The position numbers were made by a program, and so were the translations under genes. Source: Azolla caroliniana (taxonomy: Eukaryota > Plantae > Polypodiophyta). Taken from it: DNA of 64,000 bases. Positions 36,193 to 50,500 of the stretch are shown piece by piece; the first letter of the stretch is position 1; every line of letters begins with the position of its first letter. The notes under the pieces were generated by a model. It saw nothing but the letters and a program-made list of their open reading frames with translations, was not told the origin of the DNA and searched no databases. The stretch lies in assembly GCA_043228905.1 (NCBI GenBank), contig JBHGNT010000020.1, forward strand, positions 682,001-746,000. Reading direction: 5' to 3'.

Positions 36193-39100
36193 AATCACAA
36201 TAAAAAAACAGGTTTTTTCTGGACACTCAGATTCTTGTCCCCGCCCAATATGGGGGCATTTGCTAGGGGGGAGTACTGCTCTAATATATATGTAACTCAA
36301 AATTGTATAAAAATGTGTAGCTTCTTCATAGTGTGGTTTTAGATTCTTTAATGCATTCAGGTTATAACATGGAGATTTGGGTGTGTGACCTTATATGCAA
36401 GAAAAAACAAAACACTATTCTTTGGATTGGTTTAGAGTGGAGTTCTAGTTCTTACTAGAATTCATAGAATGATGATTCTTTTGATAGGATGTGAATGAAG
36501 TCTTTTGAGGCTGACGGGTGGGTGGGCGGGGGCATTTTTATGCCATGTGTGGCGTGTATGCATAACGCCCCTTTGTGTTTTGAGGCATGGATTTTGGGTG
36601 CAAATACATTATATTCTAGGAACTTGCAAAGGTTATAGGTTACCTTGACCAAGTTCTTGGTGTTGGAAACCTCGACATTGGCATTGCTATGTTCTGCATG
36701 GGGGCTCATCCAAATCTATATGAGTTGGTATAAAGACATCATATAATTATTTCGCCTTTTGTGTTGTCGGCCTTTTTCCGCCACACGGCTTCGTATGTCT
36801 TAAAGAGGACCTTTGGATCTCAATCAAGATCCCGTGCTCATGTTTGGATTTATCTTGTAGTCGTTTTTTGTTTTGTAATTAATATGATTCTATTTGCAAG
36901 AAAAAAAAGCTTTATTTTAGGGTTCTATCCCCGTCGGTATTAGTGTTTGTGTGTGTGGAATTGGTTAATGAAGATTAAGAAAACGTTAGGGTGCGAGGTC
37001 GTGAAAGTTTCGGGTTCAAAGGGGTTTCAGATTGTGTCAAAGAATCCGCTGTCTGTTGTTTTCTCTTCCTTGCTAGGTAACAAGTTTGATGGTCACATGT
37101 ATTGCAATTCTAAGATTTGTGGTGCCCAGGGGCACAATGAGAATTGTATAAATGTATCTAATTATATATGATATGCACTCTTGACATGAATTAAGCATTC
37201 ACATTTAAATGTTGAACAAAACAAAAATAAGAAATTGAATATTTCTATTTCATATAGGTTAGGAGTTTTGGGATAATCTATTACATTTCTTTCAAGTAGG
37301 CTTTGAGCTCGAGTATTAGCTTAACCTGAATTGACATGGAAAAGGCATTATGAGCTAACCATGGTTTTGTACAATCAACAATGTGAAAATTTCAGATAGC
37401 CTGAGCCCATATCAATCAATGATATCCAAAGGTTTTTTTGAGTCTACTTATTTTTTGTGATGAGTGGACTCTTATATTGTATTGCTAGCCAATTCAGTAA
37501 AATTATGAACATTGATTTAGTTGTAAAGAATATCTTGCATAAAGGCCCGTGTGGCTCACATCAACCTACTCAATAATGACTTATTGGACTTCCACCCCAC
37601 CCGTTAAACGTCAATGCACCTCTCAAGGAGAACTAAATTGCAAATAATTGATAATGATATGTTGACATAGGAATGCCTTTGAGCGAAATTTGTCATAGAC
37701 TTAACTCTTTGGGGATCTTGGCAAACTCAAACTAGCATGCATACAATTAATAGAAGAAGGAATACTTAAATTGATATTCTATAACATGCTTTGTCTTGGC
37801 CCGAAAGATTGAGTTATGTGCAATACATGATTTTCACTCTGATTCCCAAATCTCCTTACACTCTCTGAGCAATCCACATAGCTCCTTTCCATTGAAACAT
37901 GTATTTTGCATGTAACAATGTGGATAGGGCCATACAGTTTTGTACAACAGATATCCATGACCATGACTCTAGGCAATGTGAACACATAACATTACCATAG
38001 ATATTCTATTATTCATAATCTCATCAAAGTATGAATTTAGTTATTCTATCACATGACTCTTGTGGATACCAAACCAGTTACTAGAGCTTTTGCGTTGCCT
38101 AGTGCTATCCCATAACCACATGCGATCGTCTCCTCCAAATGCATGGGAGGTACTTACTTTGCTTGATGGTGAGAAGCATTCCACATTGTAGACATAATTT
38201 GTGTGTACTCATTGGGGTGCTAATTCCCACCAATGGAAGTAGGAGGCATAATGTTTGGAAATTTGACATGCCTCACTTTTGAAAGCAACATTTTATGCAT
38301 TTCCTTCTCATAGAAGAGGACAACATTCTTTCATGCCATGATTGCAAGTATGTATAAATCTTGACCACTAGTTGGCTCCATGAGCCAAAACTACCTATGG
38401 TTCTCAACAATATCGAAAGTAGAAAGTAACCATTTTACAAGCAATAAAAGCATCACTAGAAGCAAAGGAAGCCTCACAAATCCTTACCATTTGTTGAGAA
38501 ATTCCACTTACTTGGACCAACATGTCAATGTTTTCTTGCAAATAATGCTCTATATGAATTGAAAACTAATACTAGAGCCTATCTCTCTTGCTTCACTCGA
38601 GTTATAGGCAACTTCACCCTAGATAGCCTCTTATATGATTTTGGGATCATCCATAGTCAACAAGAGGTCTTCGCCATTATCATGAAGCGCCCTCTGATCA
38701 ATTCAATGGCCACAATGAGCAATATCTCAATGACTAGTATATCCGAGCCAAATTTCCAAAACTTGGATGCATGAATGGAGCAGGATGCAATCCGTGCATG
38801 CGATTGTTCAGCTTGGAACTTGTGCCACCAAATCCACCATACTAGTCTCTACCGATGGTCACCATTTTCAATATGCAAGTTTTTTTGTGTAATAATACAA
38901 GTATAGACATAGACTCCATGCCCCAACATGTTATCCTCAAGGAAAAAATAAAAATTTATTTTGAAATAGATTAGAATGAGGTAATGGGATTCTTGCCAAG
39001 AACCCTACGTACAAAATATCGAAAGGTTAGGAACAAGAGAACATGAAACGTATTGAATAGGATCAAGACGTTATGTTTAATACAAGAAGTAGAAAAATGT

Positions 39101-40871
39101 GATTAAAATTAGGGAAACTTGTCAAAAAGAGGTTCGTAACTCGCTTTGAAGGCAAATGTTGGACCAATACAAGTTACGTTTAGTTTCACTTATGCACATA
39201 TATACACACACAAGAAAAAACAGTGTTTATGTATTAAACAACATAATAGAAAATTTTGTTGTCCCCACTACACTAGTGAGGATAGTATGCCGAGGTAAGT
39301 TATTGTCAGCTCTCGTGTCTCTTTTTCTTTGTCTCTCCGTTGGTTGGAGTGGTGAAGGCCCTCATGGATCCACCACTCTAGCATATAGTGTTTGCACCTA
39401 GGTAATGCCAGCATTATTAATCAAGACCAGATTTAGAACGAGGTTAATGTGTGGTTGATATACTTAAATATGGTTGGATCCACCATGTCAAGCTTTCTAG
39501 TCTCAATAATTATAAGTTATAACTATGAGTCTTAATAAACTATACTATTTATGCTAGACATTCTTTTATTTCTTTGAAACTCATGTGCTCCGTAACCTTG
39601 AAATATGTCGTCTTCATATTCTTAAGACAAAATAATAGTGATAAACTATTTATGTTCAAGTCAAAATGTTGAATGAAGAATTACAAGATCTTAATAAAAC
39701 ATTTCTTTCCCATGAGCTCTTCAAATCAAGTTGTCTTGGCATTGAGTCTCTACATTGTCTTAGATCCTTCTCAAAGACATATCCAAAAGAAGATTCGATG
39801 CATTGTGGGACACCTAACCAACGAAAACGAATGTTGTACGCTACAATTTTTATAGTCACGCTAGCGATTTCAAACCACGAACAAATATCATTACAGGGAA
39901 CTCACCACATGAGACACACATTTCCTTCTATCAACTAATGCTTAAATGACATGGAAAGAGGGTGTAGCTAATTGGGACGTTTAATAATGCATTGGATAGA
40001 ATTCATGAGGATCCTCTTTAAACGTTTGTAAAAGGGAGACGACCTTTTTTTCATTTCTTGCTCTCTTCTTCATACTTTCAATTGGCATTCTCGTTATACA
40101 ACATTGATAGAAGTTGGGCCAACGAGTTTATAGTCAAGTTCACCCAACGAGTTGACAATGAAAATGATGGCATAACATGCACACCGAACAAACACCATTT
40201 GATAGTTAGGAAGTATTACAATCCATCTAAAATTCAAATCATTTTAATGAATAGAAGATCACCCAACGAGCGAACGATGAAAATGATGGCACATCATGCA
40301 ACGAACAAACATCATTTGATATTCAACATCATATTACAGTCCTTCATCTTAAAAGGAAGCAAGGAAATCGGTGGTGGCCCATACAACAATAATGATCAAA
40401 GACAATTGTAAAAATGCATGGTTTAGATGAGAAGAATTCGAATGAAGCAACAGGATGGGGAGTGGAATTCGCATAAACTGAGCTCATCAAGTTTTGTGCG
40501 TCCGAGGTAAGTGAGGTAACGAGAAGATGATGTCAGGTTAATGTGGGGCGTGAGTGCTTCGATATTTTGGTGGAATGTAAAGAAAATGTGGTCGAATGAA
40601 TGTCCACAATTGTGCGGGCGAAACATTGCTATGTTTTTGTTGGTATAATCTTGGACATACACACACATTCACAAACAAACAAACAAACTCTCAATTGGTC
40701 ATATATGTAATAATGTATGTATATATTCTCTCTCTCTCTCTCTCTCACTCCATGTTCATGCAAAAAACACCATGATGTTATTGCAAGCACAAAATGTATG
40801 TGAGTTTTCACCAAATGATCTTCCCATTTATTTCACCTTTTCATGTCTTACTTTTTTACTCTTAACTTCAA

Positions 40872-40906
40872 ATGTATGTATATGGATGTATGTATGTATG
40901 TAAGTA

Positions 40907-40963
<57 letters not shown>

Positions 40964-41005
40964 ATTATGTTTGAAGTATGTATGTATGTGTGTAAGTATG
41001 TATAC
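40872..41005. repeat. (TATG)n/(TG)n microsatellite
   Basis: Read directly from the sequence. Confidence 0.9.
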
Positions 41006-41194
41006 AAATATTCATCAATCTCCCTTGGCACTTGCAATCCATGAAGCACACACACTTTCTTTGATGCAATTTTAATATAAAGAACTTAAGAATTGTAATT
41101 TGTAATCCAAATATATGCTTTTTGATTGGCAAACATTGTAAAGAACTTAGATCAATTTGTTAATTTCATCCTTTTGAGCAATTTATCATCCATT

Positions 41195-41566
41195 AATTTC
41201 ATCTTGAATTTGTTAATTATATTACTGGAAGTGTTTCATATAGTGGATGTAAATCAATTTCATCCTAAATTTGCTAATTATATTACTGGAAGTGTTTCAT
41301 ATAGTGGATGTAAATCAATTTCATCCTAAATTTGCTAATTATATTATTGGAAGTATTTTCCTTATAATGGATGTAAATTAATTTCATCCTAAATTTGCTA
41401 ATTACATTATTGGAAGCTTTTCTATATAATGGATGTAAATCAATTTTATCCTAAATTTGTTAATTACATTTTTGGAAGTGTTTCCATATAATGGATGCAA
41501 ATCAATTTCGTCCTAAATTTGTTAATTATATTATTGGAAGTGTTTCCATATAATGGATGTAAATTT
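41195..41566. repeat. ~61-63-bp AT-rich minisatellite, about 6 copies
   Basis: Unit AATTTCATCCTAAATTTGCTAATTATATTACTGGAAGTGTTTCATATAGTGGATGTAAATC. Confidence 0.9.
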
Positions 41567-41997
41567 GCTTCAAAAAGAGATTTTTGAAATGTATACACAC
41601 ACACACACACACAATAATGAAAGAGATATACTATAACCATATACAGATTAGATGCAAATTACTGTAGCTATGGGATATGTATGAAGAGATATACATATAT
41701 AGACATACATACATATAGGTATATATTATTAGTAGATGATTAAGAGGGTAGAGACATAATTGTAATGAAGCATAATGGGAGGCCATTAATTGGAATTTGG
41801 AAATTGACAATATATATATATGTTGGAATGAATGATCCATATATTGTTGTATTGATTTTTGCCTATCATATTGATGATTTGAATCCTGTTGATAACCGTA
41901 TATATTATGGTAATGCTGTTAATCCTCTTGTAATTGGAAGAATATGTACTTACTAAAATTATGAAAGAATCAGAGTTCTGCATCTAATTAATGTATA

Positions 41998-42222
41998 TGT
42001 ATATGTGGGCTAATTAATTAATCTTCTTACAATCAGAAGAATATACTACTATTACTACTGAATCTACAGATCAATGTATATGTGGGCTGATTAATTAATC
42101 TTCTTACAATCAGAAGAATATACTACTACTTCTACTACTACTGCTACAGATCAATGTATATGTGAGCTGATTAATCAAGTTCTTACAATCAGAAGAATAT
42201 ACTACTACTGCTACAGATCAAT
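41998..42222. repeat. ~75-80-bp tandem repeat, 3 copies
   Basis: TTCTTACAATCAGAAGAATATACTACTACT...CTACAGATCAATG occurs three times. Confidence 0.85.
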
Positions 42223-42779
42223 GGGGTTGTTTTCCTGCACAAATCCGTCTTTATATATTGGCAGTTTTGATAGAATGGGTTGTTTCCTGAAACTATACCA
42301 GGACTTTTAATCTGTAATCGAATGAATGGCACTGAACATCTCCTTCTACCCTAAATAATGCCGGAAATCTATACATAATATGTATACTGAATAATAATCC
42401 ATCATGTATGATGAACTGTATTTTCTAGTAACATTGGATCAAATAAATAGATATGTCAATTACAGATTGATTTTTACTGTAAATTGTCCTCCTCATCCCA
42501 AAATGAGTATCAAATTCTGGCGTCTTGAAAATTTTAGCCCCAATCTATTTAATCAAATTTCTTTTCCTTTCTGCTTCTCTTCGGGTCCGAAATCGAATCA
42601 ATTCCAAGTTTAAAAAATGGATCATGTCCAAATTTCATCATCCTCACATTTTTTTTGTAGATTGAATTCGTGGATGAATTTGATTGATCATGGATCGTTT
42701 TTTGGTGAAAATCAAAGTCCACATACGATGCATTCAATCAAACGTCCGTTGATGATGAGGAATTGTGGACGATTTACGA

Positions 42780-42828
<49 letters not shown>

Positions 42829-43040
42829 GTGAATTGCAACTGATGATAAAAATTCGATTTGACAATTGAATAATTGTTGATGATAAAATTCGATTGACAA
42901 TTGAATAATTGTTGATGATAGAATTCGATTGAAGATTGAATTGGTGATGATAAAAATTCGATTTGACAATTGAATTGTTGATGATAAAACTCGATTGACA
43001 ATTGAATTGTTGATGATAGAATTCGATTGAAGATTAAATT
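42780..43040. repeat. (ATG)n microsatellite plus ~30-bp degenerate tandem repeats downstream of the DUF761 gene
   Basis: (ATG) about 16 times, then TGATGATAAAATTCGATTGACAATTGAA repeats. Confidence 0.85.
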
Positions 43041-43161
43041 GTGGATGATGAATTACTTGCTTACGATTAATCTGATGCATTATAGATTCATATATATATA
43101 CATATAATTCTTTTTTTTGGATTGATTCAGTTGCCATATGGTGATGACTGTTGATCGACGA

Positions 43162-45882
43162 TCACGACCTCTTGATTTCACGAGCTAATTCCCATCGCAG
43201 TTGCAGATTCCTCCTCCGAATCTCCATTACATGATCAGATTCCTGCTGCTTCTGCTTCACGAGATTGTTCTGGAAGTTGCTGATGAAATCATCACTGCGC
43301 TTCTTCAGCTCTGATTCGGATGAGCTCTCATGGGGGCTTCCAATGGCGTCCTCGCTAGGTATATGAGGAGGATAATCAGAGATCGCATCATGGACACTCA
43401 CATGGTTAGGGGATTTATGATTAGGGTTAGGTTTAGGGTTAGGGTTAGGATTAGGGCTACGGTTAAGGTTAGAGTTAGGGTTAGGGTTAGGGTTAGGATT
43501 AGGATTAGGACTAGGGTTAGGGTTAGGGTTATGCTTAGAAACTGGTTTAAGTTTAGGGTTAGGGTCAAGGTTAGGGTGTTTAGGATTAGGGTTAGTGATC
43601 ACTATGCTTCTCCAAGGCACCAAGCTATCTACAGATTTCTTCGGCTTAGCATTGATGGAGGAGTAAGGCGACTTCTGATTAGGGTTATGAGGAGGAGGAG
43701 TAGAAGTATTAGGGTTTTCTGCTTCACTGATCTGATCATCAGAGAGGCCTAGAGGAGGAGGAGGAGGAGGAGGAGGAGGGGTTTCTTCTTCCATGAACCA
43801 ATAGTCAGGATAGAATTCTCCATCGAAATCATATGAATGGCTTGAGCTGTGATTCCTAGCCTTCTGATGCAGATTAACCTTCGGATTATGCTTAGATCTT
43901 ACTAATCCAGGCTTCACTGATGCAGAAATGGCATCATTTCCATCAGTTTTGCCACCATTTCCATCCATTTTGATACCATTTCCATCCATTTTGGCACCAT
44001 TTCCATCCATTTTGGTAACCATTTCATCATTTTTGGTGGCATAATTGCCACTTCTGGTTGTAGCATAGTAATCATCCTGATGAGTAGTGCCCATATGATT
44101 CAGATTCAATGCACTTTTGCTGTGCTTCTTGGAGCTAGACATTAGCTTGCTCCTCAGAGATGATGATTTGTTCTCAGGATTCATCATATCATCTCTCCCA
44201 TTCGGATCGATTGCTCGATGATTCATCGCATTCCGACTCTGCATAAATATCGCCATATTCCTCTCTAATAACTCGATATGATTCATCGGACCCATTTTAC
44301 CCTTGTCAGATGATGATGGTTGGCTATGGATTTCTGATTTCTGATCCGAACCCGCATCCTTAATCGATGGATTATGAGTCGGGTTCGGGTTCGTCTCTGA
44401 TCCTGGATTGATTAATGAATTCGGATGATTCTTGGCCAGGCTATCAGTAATCACCGGATCGCGATGATCTGTAGAAGCAATTGCCGGTTGCGATCGGTTC
44501 GTCATCGTCATCGACAGATTAATCGGATCGTAGACCTTAATCGATTGATCGGAATTGCTCGATGACCTAGGTATGGATCGAACAGTAGTATTATATCGAT
44601 CGTAATCAGGATTCTTGTTCGGATGATTATCGATCCTGGTCTTCGATCCATTAATCGTGGCATGATCAAGATCTTCATTACTAGTATGCGGATCGATCGA
44701 TGATGATGAACTTCTTGATCCTGCTTCTCGATCGGGTAATGGAGTAGAAGTAGTATCAGAGATCCTGTCATTATGGCTACTAAGTATGGGCCGATCGAGC
44801 GAGCTCGATCTTCTTCTGCTCCGCTTCGATCCGCTGGTATGAGATCCCTGAGCCGAATCATGAAGCCTCGATCTCATGCTCCTGCGAACATTATGATGAT
44901 GATTCTTCGTCGGATAACTCGAATTATAATCTGCATCGTAGTCGGAATCGAGAATCTTTCGGCCATACAGCAATCCCGACTGCGGATTATATCCATTCTT
45001 AAGATCAAATGATGGATTCACTGACCAATCTCTCTCTGTTTCTTCTTCTTCTTCTTCTTCATTAATCTTTGAATTAATCACAGAGTGGAACCATTCCTGA
45101 TTAGCAGATATGCTCGAGCTAATCGGCCGAGGCATGAAATCATCCTCGGAGAGCCTCGGGAACAATCGCGGATGATGATGATGATGATTCGATCCCCCAT
45201 GATTATCATTATTACCGGTCATCATCATGATCCGATCTATTGGATCCACAATGTCTTGGGAATGATTAATCCTGTCATTAATCCTATCATTAATCCTATC
45301 ATTAATATTGTCATTAATCCTGTCACTAATCCTGTCACCATTATAATGATTAATGCCATGATTCATACCCTCCCTACTACTACTATGATCATATTCATCA
45401 TGATTCCTTCTACTGTCTTTCTTGGCCTGGCCCCGAGATGTGCTTAAGATCCCCACGAAGATCGCGCTCGTCAACAAAATGAATCGCAGGATGTTCCATA
45501 GCCTCTCGACGAGAGATAATCTCACCGGCCTCCATACAGAGCTAATTCTTAGTGCATAATTAGATGATGATGAGAAGATTATATACAGTAGAATGAATGC
45601 TGTAAGAATGAATGTAATGACAACCTTAGTACTAATCTTAGGCTTGATCTTTGCCTTCAACTTCTTCTTCTGATTTGCTGCCGGATCGAATGCCCGGATT
45701 GATCGATTAATAGGTCTGTTCTGATCATCAGAATCGCTCGCAGATTGACGGGATAATTTGATGGAATCCCCCCGATCTTCGGAATCGCTAGCGGATGCCG
45801 ATTGATCACCGTTAGCAAATAAGCTCTTCCGAAGAGGCAGTTGAGCCGATCGATTCCTGTTCATATAATCACGATGATCCAT
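43162..45882 (-). CDS. Large single-exon low-complexity protein with N-terminal TM helices, polyproline and a C-terminal DUF761 (cotton-fibre-expressed)-like motif
   Basis: 906-aa uninterrupted ORF; hydrophobic segments [17 protein letters not shown] and [20 protein letters not shown]; P9 run; NP repeats; C-terminal [13 protein letters not shown]...L..Q...S. Confidence 0.82.
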   Translation of the reverse strand: MDHRDYMNRNRSAQLPLRKSLFANGDQSASASDSEDRGDSIKLSRQSASDSDDQNRPINRSIRAFDPAANQKKKLKAKIKPKISTKVVITFILTAFILLYIIFSSSSNYALRISSVWRPVRLSLVERLWNILRFILLTSAIFVGILSTSRGQAKKDSRRNHDEYDHSSSREGMNHGINHYNGDRISDRINDNINDRINDRINDRINHSQDIVDPIDRIMMMTGNNDNHGGSNHHHHHPRLFPRLSEDDFMPRPISSSISANQEWFHSVINSKINEEEEEEETERDWSVNPSFDLKNGYNPQSGLLYGRKILDSDYDADYNSSYPTKNHHHNVRRSMRSRLHDSAQGSHTSGSKRSRRRSSSLDRPILSSHNDRISDTTSTPLPDREAGSRSSSSSIDPHTSNEDLDHATINGSKTRIDNHPNKNPDYDRYNTTVRSIPRSSSNSDQSIKVYDPINLSMTMTNRSQPAIASTDHRDPVITDSLAKNHPNSLINPGSETNPNPTHNPSIKDAGSDQKSEIHSQPSSSDKGKMGPMNHIELLERNMAIFMQSRNAMNHRAIDPNGRDDMMNPENKSSSLRSKLMSSSKKHSKSALNLNHMGTTHQDDYYATTRSGNYATKNDEMVTKMDGNGAKMDGNGIKMDGNGGKTDGNDAISASVKPGLVRSKHNPKVNLHQKARNHSSSHSYDFDGEFYPDYWFMEEETPPPPPPPPPLGLSDDQISEAENPNTSTPPPHNPNQKSPYSSINAKPKKSVDSLVPWRSIVITNPNPKHPNLDPNPKLKPVSKHNPNPNPSPNPNPNPNPNPNSNLNRSPNPNPNPKPNPNHKSPNHVSVHDAISDYPPHIPSEDAIGSPHESSSESELKKRSDDFISNFQNNLVKQKQQESDHVMEIRRRNLQLRWELAREIKRS

Positions 45883-45949
45883 CGATGAAGGGTTTGCTTT
45901 TAATGTATTTGATCAGCAATTAGTGTACGAAAACTAAGCCTGTCTTGGT

Positions 45950-46650
45950 TAATTAATATGTAATGAGGGCCTTAATTATAAGCTCTTAATTATGCAAGGA
46001 GGGACTTCCAGAGTAAGGTTGAGATGTAATTAGGGGCTTGATTAAGCTTGATTATGAGGGAGGAACTGGTTAATAGAAGTAAACAAGATTAATTAGGAAG
46101 AAAGGAAAGCTATGCCTCTTGGAACTTCTTTTTCTTCTTCCAAAAAAGCCTCTTTGAAGCAATTATGTATGATTAGCATGGAATGTACAAAAGCTAAGCC
46201 TCTTGGTTAACATGTACTTAGGGGCTTGATCAAGGTCTCAAGTGTGCTATGAGGCACTAGATGAAGGCCTTTGATGTGTAATTAGGGGCTTGATCAAGAT
46301 TGATTAAGGGAGAGGGGATAGGTAAGAATTAAGCTCTTAATTATGCAATGAGGCACTACGTGAAGCTTGATCAATATGTGATTAGGGATTTGATCAAGCT
46401 TGATTAAGGGAGAAGGGGACTAGTTAGAATTAAGCTCCTAATTATGGAATGAGGCACTAGGTGAAGCTTGATATGTGATTAGGGGCTTGATCAAGCTTCA
46501 TTAAGGGAGAGGGGGGGAACTGGTTAGAATTAAGGTCCTAATTGTGGAATGAGGCACTACTAGGTGAGGATTGATATGTAATTAGGGGCTTTGATCAAGC
46601 TTGATTAAGGGAGAAGGGGATTGGTTATAAGGCAAACAAGATTAATTAGG
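45950..46650. repeat. Degenerate ~95-bp tandem repeats upstream of the DUF761 gene
   Basis: Recurrent TAATTAGGGGCTTGATCAAGCTTGATTAAGGGAGA...GAATTAAGCTC...TGAGGCACTA. Confidence 0.8.
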
Positions 46651-47599
46651 AAGGAAGGAAAGAAGGAAAGAGGAGGAATGAGGAGAGAAAGAAAAAGAAA
46701 AAGAAAAAGAGAGAGAATGGATAGATGAGTGAGTGAATGAATGAATGAATAAATAATAGAGATGTGGTTTGGACCCATTAACTTGTGTCAATCAACTTTT
46801 TGTTGGTAGAATTCTAACACACAAGAAGGGGGGGGGGGGGGGATCCACACTCACACATCAATACGCGGACAAATATGCACTGGCTCCCTGGAACAAGTTA
46901 TCTGGAACAAGTTATCTCCTACCGCACCAACACCTTTTCTTCTATCGATATCTGCCATTCATTGAACAAATGGACCCCTCCGGCTCCACCTTGCCTAGCC
47001 TGCCCCCGCATCATGTGCTATCGATACACTCACTAGACTAGACACCTGGCCCCTTTTGGTTGTCTTCTTGCTTGTTCGCTTCGCCTTGTTCCCATACTAG
47101 TCGATGTTGAGTGTCGTCACGTGACAACTTGTTCAGTCGACTAGACTCTACAAAGAAGGGGGGGTAATGGTTGGTAGCCCAACTCATCACGTGTCTTGGC
47201 TTGTTCACTTCATCTTCTTCGACCTATACTCTATGTGTAGAATGTTGTCATGACAACTTGCTAATCCCAAGTAGACTCTAGAAAAGGAAAGAGAAGGCGG
47301 TTTACAATTGGTATAAGCCCATATACATTATATTTCTCCACTCCATGCGTTTATTAGACTTCTTGTGGTACTAACCGACGTATTATGCAAGTCGAAATTT
47401 GTCACTATAGTTGGTAGCCCATATACATGTCGTACATTGCTCCACTCCATCTTGCATGGCCAAGTAAGTCTCGTGGTATTGATCGGCGTATCCTGCAAGT
47501 CGAAATCAGAACTATTCAACGATGGAGTGGGAAGTGCTTCATCAGCATCTATAGTTTTTGCCACCATATCTTAAGAAACAAATTTTACACATTTTCAGT

Positions 47600-50500
47600 T
47601 GAGTGCTAATTGCTATTTGGCCACAAGGGGCTTGTGATATAGCCCATTTAGAGGTATGTATATTTCTCGATTTCTTATATCCATGTCCTTCTTGATTAAG
47701 TTACTCTTTAAGCTAAAGAGGCATGCAATAAAATAATATGATCAAACATGGGAACATATAAAATTACATCGCCTCTATCTCCATTGTCCACGTAGGCTCG
47801 TTCATAGAAACACCTTAATAAATAGGAGCCACGATGAGTTGTCAATATGTTTGAATGATTTTGTTTTGAACATATAGCAAGAAGAAACTGGCATTTATAA
47901 AGATGTATGGTTGAGTAACAACATAAATTCAAGTTTGTATCTTAGCAACACCCCAACATGACATTTTAGACAAAGCGTTACATTTTGGACAAACCATTAC
48001 AAATTTCTACACGAAATGAAAATTCCAGTTCATATTTTCACTAATTAAAGTTCTCAAGTCTCTATGGTAGCCTTAGGTAGGTAGAGTTAACATCAAGCCA
48101 CAATCCAGTTGTTATCTCCACCAATGAATGTTTTCCAACCATTCCCCTCGGTCTTTGCATTTTTTAGGGATATGTATACAATACAATCAAATGGGTCAAT
48201 TCCAGCACACACTCCAATGAAATGAGCTTTGCCATTCGCCACCTGTTTGGGTTAACTTACATATATAGTGTTCAATGTCCCATTTATATGTAGATTGCCC
48301 CATCCACATGTTAAAAATATAAACTAAATAGGAATACTCCAAACCTAATACTGCAATATGTAGATGATGAGTTTCAAACTTGTATTGTATTAAGTGTTCA
48401 ATCTCTTTGATTTTGTAAACTATCGAAACATCAAAAACAGAATTTTGCGGACATTTATTTTGGTTTTAGGAACTTCAAGATAGCAATGCAACTTCTTAGA
48501 CTCTAGAACAAAACGGGGAGTAATACGACTAATGAAGTGGAGACGATGATTTGTAGAATCCCCATGCAACAATAACCACTCTGGTGATTCAAAGCCAATA
48601 GATATAGTGGGCCCTAGATACAAGGATAGTCACAAAGATACAAAATCAAATAGAATCTAAATAATGTATGGCTAGTCTCTAGACACAATGTACACTCTCT
48701 TCCTGATTGATCCCTCCCAATGTTTATGGCACATGGTGAGACAATAGACACAAGGATAGTCACAAAGATACAAAATCAAATATAATCTAAATAATGTATG
48801 GCTAGTCTCTAGACACAATGTACACTCTCTTCCTGATTGATCCCTCCCAATGTTTATGGCACATGGTGAGACGTCCCATTTTCATTTGATGAAAGTGAGA
48901 ATTTTGGTTCTATTACCTTATAACACCAAGGCTTGTGGACATTGGTTAGAAGTCAATCCTTGGCAACATCAACCTTGTAGCTAATGATACTTATGCATAT
49001 CCATTTGAGATACTAATGCATCAATTGAATGTTGTAATGATATGAACCAAGCTTAAGGTAATATGATAATAGGCTTGGTAAAAACTTAAACTTCTATGAC
49101 AAATGGTTTTCTATAGTTAATATGTAGCCACTAGTGAACAAGATCCTACCTTATTGATACTACTGACAAATTTGGGTATGTGAGTTCGTCTTTGTTGGAG
49201 TTCAAAGGCAAGCATAATGACTTAAAAGCATCTTTCCTCAAACTCAAGAGAAAGTGTCATGATCTTAAACATTCATTGAACATTTCTTTGACAAACATGC
49301 ATATATAAACAACACATTAACAAGAAACTATTAACATCAATTGCATTTTTGTCTTCCTAAAAGTGGATAGATAACAATATCTTCCCATTCATGATTTCTT
49401 TGAAGCAAATATTTACATGTGTGAACAACATTACAACAACACTCACAAATAACACCTTCCCACTCATTGGTTGGTGGGCCAATTTATGTGAACTCCATGC
49501 ATCACTTTCATGCAAGTCATATTTAGTACCCACTTTTCTATGTTTTTTTCAAAAAGAAAGCAAATGCACTCTTTTCATATACAATCCATGCTTCTCTCCT
49601 TTAAGATACATCGTTTATGTCATATATGAAAAACAAGCCTATGAAACCCTTTCCATTAAACCTCATGTGGTAATATTTCATGTGTATGATTGATCGACTC
49701 CATGTTACACAACACAACATGTAGTTTATGGGGAGATGATAATCAAAGAGATGTCAAAACATACGCATAAGAAACAAAAACAATAATCTGCATTGACAAG
49801 CAACAGTTGATCATGCCTTCGTGACATGATGAAACATATCTTGAATGTCCCTACATTGATACGAGATAATATTTAGGCATTAATCATAAATGTTCACTTT
49901 AGTTTGAGAACATGCAAGGTTGGTAAGAGCAAAGGAACTAATCAACTTTTTTTGCGCACTAGACAATCCATCTGCTTTATTAGGTTTGATTTCTATATAT
50001 TCCAATGTGCATTGTCAATCACTTTCTTCCTCCATGCGATAGAGTAGCATGACCGTATATCCAAAACATGCCATTAGATTTTGAATACTTAATCATATGA
50101 GGTTTTTGATGTAAGGAAGCAGGATCCCTAATTATATATTTCTATGGATTGTTTTATTAATCTCCAAATAATATTATGATATAGACAATAGAAATAAAGA
50201 AATTTCCACATGACAAAGTCCTCGACCTAGTCCATGTGGGATCATTATATGCATATCACACCCCATGGCATTCTTGAAGCAATTGAAATCCTAGCAAAAG
50301 AGAAAACACACCAACAACATAAAATTGAAACCTACACAAGATTCAAGTAGAAGCCCAACTCCTCTTACAAAACCGCAAAAATTATAGCGGGAGATTAGAG
50401 AAGTAAATCACAAGAGTTCGAGGAAACTATGGACAAATGAGACCATATGTTGATTCATCACACTTAAAATTGATATTCCTGGTTTCCTATCCAAAAAGGG

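Noticed and set aside
37200-40700. Short ORFs and possible decayed transposon DNA
   Set aside because: No recognisable motif, terminus or splice structure.
43330-43752. VR-repeat ORF on the plus strand, and a true telomere
   Set aside because: Antisense reading of the NP-coding tract; the tract is short, degenerate and internal.
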